The notes under the pieces are model-generated. The model was given only the letters and a program-made list of their open reading frames with translations. It did no database searches and had not been told where the DNA came from. Shown here piece by piece: positions 11,559 through 23,696 of a DNA stretch of 64,000 bases (position 1 is the first letter of the stretch; each line of letters starts with the position of its first letter). The DNA comes from Protoeuglena noctilucae (lineage: Eukaryota), in NCBI GenBank assembly GCA_958009085.1, contig OY253671.1, positions 310,001 to 374,000 on the forward strand, in the 5' to 3' direction. The position numbers and the translations under genes are program-made.

Positions 11559-14500
11559 TCACGGGGCAGGGTCAGAGGCGCGCTCGGCACGCAGCGCGAC
11601 GCTCTGGCGGGAGAGACGGACGGAGGGGAGGCTGAAGCCGAGCATGGCCGTGGGCAAGAGGGAGACGATGCGGTCGATGACCGGGGCGGGCAGCCGGGCC
11701 AGGGCGGACGACAGCCGGCTCCCGGCGCCCTCCCCTCCCTCCATGTCCACGTCGTCGTCGGCGGCAGCGTCGACCTCTGCGCGCGCCTGGCGCACGATCA
11801 GGGACAGCTGCGTGCCGGCCTGGGTCATGGCCTCGGGGGCGCTCATGACGGAGGTCAACAGGTCGTGGACTGACTCGGGGTTACCCTGCGCAAGAGAGGA
11901 ACGACACGGATAATGAGTGACCGGTGGTGTCTCGCTGGCTGCTACCCTCAGCAAAGGCAGCCGCTGCCGCGTGCATTGGACCCGCTGCCGCGTGCATTGG
12001 ACATGCAGCCGAGAGCGTTGCCAGGTCCTCGTCCCATTCATGTCCCATGGCTCATGACCCGGCACGACACTCGCCTCCGAGGGTGTGAGTTGCGTGGATC
12101 CCTTGACGTCCCGCTGCATGCTCTGCAGCGACACGCCGACCATGACCTGCATCATCAGCTGCACCTCAGGCCTCCCCCAGGGCGGCTCCTGAGGGCCGTC
12201 GCTGTCGGACGCCACCGCCTGGCGACCGTCCCGGCTCAGGTCGCGGCGGCCGGGCTGCGAGCGCGGAGGGAAGGGCCCGAGTCAACTCCCGGCTGCCGAC
12301 CATTGAGGTGCCAAGGGGCGATCCGCGTGCAGCTGCGACACCCCGACAGCACTGCACCGCTTGCAGCCATGCAGTCAGCCAGGTGCCCAGTGAGCGGCGC
12401 CACGCCGCGCCTCACCAGCGCGACATCCGCGGGCCCGGGTCCCGCCTCTCCCGCTCCGCCCTGCCCACCGGGGGCCGCCGGGCTCGTGCCGCTCGCCCCC
12501 GCCGCGCTCCCCTTGGCACTCTTGCCCTCGGAGCCGCCGTTGGCCCGGTCCTTGCTGCCCGACACACCACCCCCGCTGCCCGAGTTGCCGTGGCTCTGGC
12601 CCTTGGCAAGGCCCTCGCCATCCTTAGCCAAGGCCATCCCAGGCCCCCCGCCTGGCGACTGGTTGATCGGCCCAAGCGTCCCGCTCCCCTGCGCGCGCCC
12701 GGAGTCCCACGGGTCCCTGGTCGGCCGCGCCCTCTGCGGAGACAAATTGAGCGAACGGTTAGGGCCGAGGCAATGCAGCGGAGCGAGCGATGCAGCGTGG
12801 GGCGTGACGCGCAACCACCAAGCCCCAGCTTGGCCCCAGGCATCTCCGCTGCGGCGCCGCCGTCTCGCCTTGGAGGCGTGCGCCGCGGGCGCTGCGTCGC
12901 CGTCTCCCGGGCGCTTCGACCCCGCGTGGGGCGGGAGCAGGTCCCCTTGCAAGTGCGCGACACGCGCGCTCTCCGCGTCCCCCGACGACCCGTTGCCCGC
13001 GCCGCTGCCCCGCTCGCCCTCCCCCGCGGCGCCGTGCGCGTCCACCAGGCCCGCGCTCGACCCTCCCGTGGGCGCGGCCGCCCGGGTGCCGTCGCTGGGG
13101 CCGCTCGCCCCGCGCCCGCTGTTGCCCAGCCCCGAGCTGTTCTTGGACTGAGGCGCCGCTCCGGGCACCGACGGGTCCACGGACTCGGGCTGGTTGCTGC
13201 CCTGCTGCCCGCGCGTCCCGCCCGTGCCACCCGTGCCGCCCGCGCCGCTCCCCGACAGCCCCCCGCCCTTGGCGTCCCCAGAGTTGCCGTCCTGCCCCGC
13301 GTCACGCGCCCCCGCGCTGCTCCGCGCGTGCGCGCCTCCCTCCAGCCGCGCCTGCTTGGCGGGCGGCTCTTCCGCCTGCCTCCCGCCGTCGCCCGACCCC
13401 TCCCCAGCGCCGCCTATTGCGCCCGCGCCGTCCCCGATGCGCAGGGAGGCCTTGCCGCCGCCCGTGTTGTTGATGACCTGCTGCAGCAGCGCCTTGCGCA
13501 TCGTCTCCTGCTGCTGGAGCATGGCGGGCCACTTCGATGCGACCACCAGCGGCGTCTTGCCGGCGTTGTTGACGGAGTGGATGTCGGCACCCAGCTCAAT
13601 CAGGACGCGGGCGCTGTGCACGGAGTTGACCATGCACGCGACGTGCAGCGGCGTGTTGCCGGCGTCATTGCGGCAGTTGACGTTGGCGCCGTGGGCGACC
13701 AAGAACGGCGCCACTTCGGCAAACACCATGGGGGACCCCATGGACGCCAGGTGCAGCGGCGTGGAGCCGTCCGAGCCCTGCCGCGTGACGCTGACGCCCA
13801 GGTTGCAAACCAGGAACCGCACCACGTCGATGGCCTTGGGGTTCAGGCTCTGCACCGCCGTGTGCAGCAGCGTGGCGTTGAAGTCGTCCACGATCGACTC
13901 GGCTGCGGGCAGAAGGGGTGTATGGGGGTATGAAACGCATGTGAGGGTCACAGGGTGCGCGTGCAGGGCAGCACCGCCATGGACTGTCCATTGTTGATGA
14001 AAAAAGTCAATACAAAGCACCCATGTGAGACAGAAGCCTGCTATGGCAGCCAGGCAAGTGCCGGCACAGGCGCCCCTCTACCAACCCTCACCGATGGCGG
14101 CCGCGATGTCGTTGCGCTGCACCGTGGGGTCCTGGTGCGACGACCCCGTCTCCAGCTGCGCGCCCGATGACCCGTTGCCCTTCATCCCGTCCGAGCCGCT
14201 GCCGTGGCGGCCCTGCATCCCGCCCCGCGCCGCATCCGACGCGCCGGGGCCACCGCCGTCCCCGCTGCCGCTCCCGCTGCCGTCCTCCCCGTGCGCGTGG
14301 GCCGTCTGCCCGACCGACCCGGGGCCGCTGGGAGGGGCCACGCCGCCCGACCCCTTCGCGGCCGCGCCCGTCCCGGTGCCCGTGCCGGCCCCCGTGTTGA
14401 GCCCCGACGCGTTGCCCGACCCGCTCGCCAGCCGCCCCGCCGCCGCGTTGGACTGGGGCGCCGACCCGGTGTGGTCGTCGACCGGCCGCGTGCTGGGCGT

Positions 14501-17500
14501 CTGATCGCTGCCGTGCACGGGCCGCGGCCCCCGCGCTACGCCCGCGGCGTCCTTGGTCGTCTCCCGCGTCGCGTCGGTGCCGTTGGTGCCAGCCCCGTCC
14601 TTGCCGCGCCCATCGGGTGCTGCGGGGGTCGCGCCCGCGTTGGCGAAGTGGTGGTGCTCCCACTTCTTGGTCAGCATGCTGAGGACGTACTCGAAGATCT
14701 CGGAGCTGCTCTGGGACGCCACGTGCAGCGTGTGACGGTTGGCGTCATGCACGTTGCGCACGTCCAAGTCGAGCCCAAGCTCCGAAACAGCAAACTCCAC
14801 CACCTCGCGCTGGGAGCTGGCCACGGCCGCGTGGACCAGCGGGCGCGCAAAGACGCCTGCGTGAGAGGGGAAGGCGAGCAAGTGATGCGGGGACAGGACG
14901 GGCAAGGCGGGCGGTGGCGGGCCTGGCACGCCGGCCTGGGCCAAAGGCGCAGCTTCACCACGGGCTAAGAGTGGTTGCCGAGGAGGGAGGCGAGCGGGCG
15001 CTCACCGGTGACGGAGGCGGGGGCGCCGGAGGAGGCGGAGCTGCCGCTGCGGAGGCTGCTCTGGATGACGGGGTTGGCGTGGATGAGGGCGCGGACCGTG
15101 GGCTCTCGCAGGAGCTCCACGTGGCCCTCCCGCAGCGCCCAGTGGACGGGCGTCTCGCCCTGGGACGTCGTAATGCCCACGTCGGCGCCCTTGGCGAGGA
15201 GCCAGAGGGCCATGTCCCGGTTGCCGGCGCCAAAGGCTACGTGGAGCGGGGTGGGCCCGCAGCATCGCCACTGCTTGATGTGGAGGTGCGAGTTGATGTC
15301 GACCGGCGACTCGATCTCCTCGGTAAGGAAGCGCGCCGTCTCGACGTCGCCCTTGAGCGCCGCGAAGTGCAGCGGCGAGAGCATGCGGTGGTCGAAGATG
15401 GACGTCAGCGCGCCGCTCTGGACCAGCAGCCGCGCGATGTCCCGGTGGCCCTTGGCGATGGCCATGTGCAGGGGCGCGATCTCCAGGGGCCCGCAGAGCA
15501 GGTCGAGGGTCGCGCCGCGGTGCAGCAGCGTCCGCACCGCTGGGGCGTGGTTGTTCTCCACGGCAAAGCACAGGGCCGTCGACCCGGACGCGTCCTGCTG
15601 GTCCACGGCGTGGCCCGCGAGGCGCAGGAGCTCCTCCAGCACCGACGCGTGGCCGTGCTTGGCCGCCAGGTGCACGGGCGTCAGGCCGTTGGGCAGCGCG
15701 ATGGTGGCGCTGAAGCCGACCTGCTGCGTCAGGACCTTGGCCAGAGGCAGAAGGCCCGTCATGGCCGCCGCGTGCAGCGCCGTGCCCCGCAGCCGCCACT
15801 TCTCCCGGTTAATCCTGTTGTACTCCATGACAAACTGCGGGAGGGAGGCAAACACGACACGTGGTCGGCACCCGCCCAACGCACGGCTTTGCCCGGCCCC
15901 GCACCGCGCCCCACGCCCGCTCCGCAATCCGCAAATGAGCGAGGCAGCCGCTCTCATGCCCCGCAGCCGCTCGCATGCCCCTCCGCATAACCCCCTGCTG
16001 CCACCGCTACCCCACGCCCTCACCTGCAGCGACAGCTGTGGGTAGTTGGCCTGGAGGAACGCCAGCTCCTCCTCCCGGGACATGACCAGTCCCGACATGT
16101 CGAGCGGCGTGCCCTTGTCCTTGGGGAACCACACGCGCTCGCGGCTGGGTGTGTCGCTCAGGCTGTCCTGCAGCCTCATACGGTCGCCCTCCCGGCGGCC
16201 CGGCGCCGAGCCCCCAAGGCCCGCGCCCCGCCGGATCCCCGCCCAGCCCTCCGCCTGGCCGTGCCCCTTGGACCGCACGCGGCCCTTCACATCCAAAACA
16301 TTCAGGTTGACGTTCGGCTTGGCCGCCAGCGGCACGTCCACGTCGTCCACCGCGCCGACCACGCGGGACGCGCTCTCGCGCGCCACCCCGTACCCGCTGC
16401 TCTCCGGCGCGCCCTGCTTCGCCGCCGCCGCGCCGTCCCCGCCCGCCGCCGTCCCCGCGTGCCCAAACGGTCGGTTGCTGCCCCCGGACCCCGTCCCGCC
16501 CGAGCCGTGCGTCGGGTCGGCGCTGCGGCCCCGGGACGTCCCGTCGCCGTTCGACCCATTGCCGTTGGAGCCGTTGCCGTTCGAGCGCCCGCCCTCGTCG
16601 TCCTCGGCGCCCCCGGGCCGCGAGCCCACGTTGCTCTGCCCCACGCCCATCCCGGACCCCTGGATGCTCCCCTTGTTCGACCCCGCGGCTGCGAGACGCC
16701 AGATCCGCGCATAATCACACATTCTCACGCATACTAAGCAACGAAAAGGGCAGTGCTCCACCGCGCCCGACCCACGCATCGCCGCCGCCCTGGCCCGACA
16801 CAGGCCCCCCGCAACAACACGCGTCTCTCACCTGCGCCAGCGGCGACCTCCTTGTTCGATCCGCTGCTGCCACCCTTGTCTTTCGAGTCCGGCCGCGACC
16901 CCTCCTTCGACTGGCCCTCCAGAGCAGGGGCCTCGGCGGTCGCCACCCCTGCCGCCGCCTGCCCCTCCGCCTCCCCGCCCGCCGCCGCCGCCGCCCCGGC
17001 CACCGCGGCCCCCTCGCCGCCGCCGTCTCTCGACGACTTGTCCTGCACCCCGTCTGACATGGCGACGTCCATGTCGGCGCCCCCGTCCGCCTCCGCCCCC
17101 TCCGCCGCCGCCTCCGCTTCCGCCTGGGCGCCCGCGGCGGCCGACGGTGGCTGCCCCGCCGCCATGACGGACCAGACCTTCTTCCCCTTGTGGATGCCCG
17201 AGGAGGCGAGCTCGCTGACCGAGGACGCCGACGAGTGCACGTTGTCGGTTGAAGAGTCGCGCACGGGCTCGGACGGGAAGCAGCTCCGGGTCAGCTTGAA
17301 GCGGATGTCTTGGGACCGAAGCAGCGAGAGGACGTGGTCCCTGCCGAGGCAGTAGGCCCAGTCGGCCGCCGTGTAACCGTGCATGTCGGCGATCTGGACG
17401 CTGGCGCCGTAGCGCACCAGGATGACGATCAGCTCCGGGCTCGTGTCCTGGAAAGAGAGAGGACGCGCGGACGCATGTTGAGCGGCGGCGGCAGGTGTCC

Positions 17501-18325
17501 CCAGCGCAGGGTGATCACTGCAGCAGCAACGGTGCACGGCAACGGCAACAGCAACGGCCGTAGCTGCGCCGGCCCCGGCCGTTGTACCTTGAGGCAGCAG
17601 GCCGCGTAGTGGAGCGGCGTCCAGCCGAAGTCGTCCTGGGCGTTGGGCCGGATGTTGGGGCTGTGGAGCAAGAGCCGCACGACGCCGACGTTGCCGTACT
17701 CTGCGGCCGTGTGGAGGGGCGTCATGCCGGCGCCGTCGGTGCTGTTGACGTCCGCGTGGAACTCCTCCAGCAAAGCGTTGACGATGGCGTCGTGGCCCAC
17801 TTGGGCCGCCACGTGCAGGGGGCTCGGGCAGCGCTTGTGGAGGCTGCCGTCGACCCACGCCTTGTTGGCGCGCCCGACCTCGCGCAGCGCCTTGAGATCG
17901 CCCCCGGGGCACCCCCGCAGCAGGAGATCCGCCAGGCGCGCGACCTCGGCGGGCGGGAGGGTCGGCCGCGGCTCAGGCTCCCGCGACATGCCCTCCACCG
18001 AGCGCCCGTGCGTGCCCGCGCCGGACCCGCGCCCGCCCCCCGCCGCCTCCGGTGGACTCTCGCCCGCGTCCGCGTCGGAGCTGGGCCGCGGGGTGCTCTC
18101 CGCGGCCGGTCCCGCTTCCACCGACGGACTGCGGGCAACGTACGGCGCTCCTTGCCCCCTCCCCGGCCGGCCCGCGCAAACGCAGCGCGCGGAAAAACCG
18201 ACAGGGTCGCCAAGAGAGCTTTGCGCGCGGCGCTCTCGCAGCCGCCGGGTCCCGTGGGACGAGGGGCCCCCGTGCCTCGTCGCCGCCCACCTTAGGCTGG
18301 GCTTGTTGCCGGCCTCCCCGGCCAT
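11559..18325 (-). CDS. Large multi-exon ankyrin-repeat protein with Gly/Ser/Ala-rich linkers
   Basis: Ankyrin clusters near 17950-17330 (SPLHVAAQVGH, TPLHTAAEYGN, TPLHYAA), 15830-15080 (TALHAAA, TPVHLAAKHGH, SPLHFAALKGD, TPLHVA), 14860-14660 and 13900-13500 (STPLHLA, NTPLHVAC, GKTPL). The 5' end is uncertain and may extend upstream. Confidence 0.8.
11961..12002. repeat. 21-bp tandem duplication in a probable intron of the ankyrin gene
   Basis: CCGCTGCCGCGTGCATTGGAC twice. Confidence 0.85.
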
Positions 18326-19463
18326 CCGGCTGGAGGACTGCTTGGACCGCCCATGGCCGCTGGCGCCCGGTGCGCCCCCGGCTCCTGCGGAGGAAGCGGG
18401 GCGCGGCGAGCGTGGGGCCGGTATCTCGGCAGCAGCGTCAGCCCCCCATGCCCCGGGCCAGGGGTGCGCGCGCGTGGCCCAACGAGCACGCGACAGGGGA
18501 GTTGCGAGACCCAAAACCCCGAGACGCCTCGCGCGCGCGGGCGGGAGCGGGCGCAGGGGCCGGGAGCAGTGCGCCCCCCACAGCTCCCGGGATCAACGCC
18601 CCTCGGGGCTGCCCGGGTCCCCACCGTCCAACAATCATGCAGATGACGAGGAAAATGCGGGGCGCCCGAGACCTGCCGCGGCCCGCGCAAAGCTCCCCCG
18701 AGGCCGTAGCGGGAAACTCGACCGGTGCGCGCACCGGACACGGCCTCCGGCGCCACGCCCTGCCCTCGCCCAGGAAACATGCACGGCACTCCCGCAACGA
18801 GGCCGGAGGCCGAAACACCGGCGCCCGGGGCGGGCCGAGCTGGGCCGGACAGCAGGGATCCGGATGGCCAACGGGAGCCGCGCGCGTTTCTCGGAACGCG
18901 GTTATTCCATGACATATAAGCCACCGAGCACGGCTCCGTGACAAGTACTCGTCGAGAGCGGGCCCCAGGTGCTCCCGGAGCCCCTGGGCACCCGCGCGGC
19001 CCATGCGGTGACCCAAGAGCTTGCTAGCGAAGATGATACCGGTCGTGGGCACCGCTGGCCCAGGCGCCCGGTCCATGGGCCCGGGGCCGGCCGTCAGTTG
19101 AGGGCCCGCCGGGCCCGCCCCGACCACCGGGCCGCACGCTTCCCCTAAAAGAAGATGCCCGCATCCCGGTCCCACCTGCCCCCCCGCCGTCTCCGTCACC
19201 GCCCTTCCTCATGGGAATGCAAACTCATCCCATACGAGCGTCGCCTCTAGCTGAGGCACATCGTGGCTGGCGCATGGCAGTTTTCAGCCGTCAATTCGAT
19301 CTGGGAACAGCCTCCCCGCGCCGGCACGGCCCTGGATGACCGCGGGCCATCCGCCCGACGCCAGAACACCGCCGGGCCGTTTGGGGCCGTCCGACTCTGT
19401 TCATACGGGCGACGGCTCAGGTCCGACGCCAGCTCTCCCTACTCGCGGCGCGCCGTGCGAGCC

Positions 19464-21511
19464 TCAGCCATCGCCCCTGACGGCCTTGCCCGGGGGCGGC
19501 GCGGCCGCGGCATCCGACCCGCCACCGCCCACCGACCCCTTCCTCTTCACGCCCCGCCGCGTCACGTCCTCCCCGTCCCTCTCCGCCGCCTCCCCGTTCT
19601 CCCCCTCCCCGCGCGCCCCCGCACGCGGCCCCTGCGCCGTCGGGCACGGCTCCGCGACCGCCCTTCCGTCCACCGACCGCGCGGACGCCCTGGCACCCGG
19701 CCCCACGGGCACCACCGAGCACTCGGAGCGCACGTAGTCGGGGAGCGGCACGGCCACCCGGAAGAACTCGTGCCCGAGGGCCTCCGAGGCCGTGATGCGG
19801 AGCTGCAGCGGAGGGCCGGGGGCACGAGCGTGAAGGCCGCGGCACGCACAGCGCAACAGCTCAAGCGAGCCAGGCAGAGTCCCCTGCCCCGATACAAACG
19901 CGTCGTGTCGCGCCCCTGGCGCACCTGGGGATCCAACGCCAGCATGCGTTCCACCAGGTCGGTGAAGGCGTCGTAGGCCCTCTCCAGCCCCTTCTCGGCG
20001 TACCCCGCGACGATGGAGCGGACGTGGTCCAGGCGGTCCACGGCGCGCCTCCCCCCGCGGCCAAGCCCCACGGAGGTCACGCGGCCGGACGCGTCGAAGT
20101 GGCGCATCACGTCGGACCGCAGCTCCTCCGCGCGCTTGAGCATGGCGCCCGGGAAGCGCCCGCACGTGCGTTCGATCATCACGAGGTGCTCGTGGTTGTC
20201 GTGCGTCGAGTACAGGGCGTCCCCCGTCAGCAGCTCCAGGAAGATGCACCCCAGCGACCAGATGTCGCAGGGGTAGGACCAGCCGAGCCCCAGGATGATC
20301 TCGGGCGCGCGGTAGTGCCGCGTAGAGACGATGCTGGAGTGGTGCTGGTCCTCGAAGGTCGCCGAACCGAAGTCGATCACCGTGATGCTCGAGGACGTGG
20401 GCACCCGGCGGCCGAAGCGGTCCTGGGGCCGCACCGACACCTTCTTGTAGTCCGGCACCGTGCACAGCACGTTCTCGGGCTTGAGGTCCGTGTGGCACAG
20501 GTTGATGCGGTGCAGGTACTCCACCGCCTCCAGCATCTGCCAGGCAAAAGACTGGACCAGCGCAAAGGGGAAGCCCTTGTACCCGTTCTGCGCGCGCGGT
20601 GACAAAGCGCGCGTTCGGCGTCCCGCGAACGAAGCGAGGCTGGCGGTGCGGAGACACGCCGCGTCGCAACGCCTGGAGCTCCGGCGGCCCGCGGCTCCCC
20701 GAGGCTCCCAGGGGGCCCTGCTCGCGCACCTTGCGGAGGAAGTCGAAGAGGCTGGGGCCGAGGCGGTCAAACACCATGCACACGTGGTCTCGGTAGGTGA
20801 ACCACTCGCGGAACGTGACAGTGTGCTTGGTGCGCGCAGGGTCGTTGGCCTTCAGGGTCTCGAGAACCTCGAGCTCGATCAAAGCAGCGTACTTGTACTT
20901 CTTCAGGCCCCGAACGACCTTGATCGCGCAGTAATCCCGCTGCACGCGGTCCCAGCACTCGAGCACGCGTCCAAACGTGCCCTCCCCCATGACGCAGAGC
21001 ACCTGGAGCAGGGGAGGGGCTGTGTACCGCTCGAGCACCTTCGACACCGCGGGATGGGGGCCGCGCGCGTATGCCCGGGCGCCCCCTGCCCACCTTGTAG
21101 CGTGGCGACAGGTTGTCCCCCGGTAGCACGTTGAGGTGCGCATCCCTGTCGCGGCCCCGATCCGGCATGGACGTCCTGTTGGGAACGTGCAACGCGCTCG
21201 CGGGTATGGGATCCGGAAGCGCGGCCCTCACGAACTCCTCGCCCTTGCCCTGCCGAGGAAGGGCATGGCACGGGAACTGTCGCGAATGCGCGGGCGGTGC
21301 CAGCCTCTACGTGCTCCGACTACGCTTGCGCTGCCGCGGAGCGCCATGCGCGCGCCCGGGAAGCCGCCGCGGCGGCGAGTCGACGACGCGGGGACGCCAG
21401 GCGACAGCATCTCACGTTGAACTCGATCTTCAGGACTTTGTTGGGCCTGTCGTAGGCATCACCCCCTGAGCTCGACGGGCGAGACTCGCCCGGGTGGTCG
21501 CGCTTCCCCAT
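19464..21511 (-). CDS. LAMMER/CLK-family dual-specificity kinase (plant AFC-like)
   Basis: GDNLSPRYK|VLCVMGEGTFGRVLECWDR, AIKVVR, HTDLKPENVL, IDFGSAT, VSTRHYRAPEIILGLGWSYPCDIWSLGCI, LAMMER-like EHLVMIERTCG, RITASEALGHEFF. Five exons with GT-AG introns. Confidence 0.93.
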
Positions 21512-21916
21512 GGCCGTGGCGTGGCCACCATCAGGCTCGAGCCTGCCCCACGCCCAGCTCCCCCTTCAGCCCACCCGCCCCCTCCCAGCGGGCCCGTCGC
21601 GTCCCCCTCCCTCAGGTAGACCTATGCACAGACGCTGACTGGCGAGACGCGATCCTCACAGGCAAGGAAGGTCCGCGATCCAAGAGTGTCGGGCGGCTGG
21701 TCCTACGGACGCTCCAGGTGCGAAATCCAGGCCACAGACGCTACCGAATGCGGCCGATCTCGCGGCTCGCCAACCCTCCTCCGCGCGCGCAGCCGGAAGT
21801 TTCTGGCATCCGCTGCCAGAACCCGCTGTTGTGCGCGATCCCTCACCCGCCCGCCCCGCACCCCCCCGCTGCCCTTTCGATTCTCGTTCTTGAGGCCGGG
21901 GGGGTGTCGAGCGAGC

Positions 21917-23331
<1,415 letters not shown>

Positions 23332-23450
23332 AGGACCTGCGCTGGTTGGGGGAGGGCCGCGTCCCGGGTGCGGGCCTGGGGCCCGCGTGTGAGGGGCGCC
23401 TTGCCCGAATTTAGGTGCGAATGGCCACCGCGTGCCCTCCGTGTAGCTCT

Positions 23451-23455
23451 TGTAA
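23451..23455 (+). promoter_or_regulatory. TGTAA candidate polyadenylation signal (NACA)
   Basis: 120 nt after the NACA stop, sense orientation. Confidence 0.55.
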
Positions 23456-23696
23456 AGGGGGAGTGGCGTTGGTGTTTCCCCGACGCCGCTGCCTGTGTTT
23501 CTGGCTGCGGCTGGACGCCCGTGGGGTGAAAACTGACGACTCGCGGAGTCCGACGGACTGATGTCCTCGACAGGCCGCTCGGGGGAGCTGTCACGCAGCT
23601 GCAACAGGCCCTGTTGGGCGAGGCCTGGATTTTCACCAGAGGCACGCTGCCTGCGCGTGCGCGGCCGCCTATGGCCGGCGCAGTGAACTGAGGAAC

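Noticed and set aside
5894..16714. Many long antisense and alternate-frame ORFs (for example 5894-6745 +, 9183-10244 -, 12308-13933 +, 14914-15990 +)
   Set aside because: Shadow ORFs expected from high GC and GC3 bias opposite real genes. They are Arg/Ala/Pro-rich with no domain motifs.
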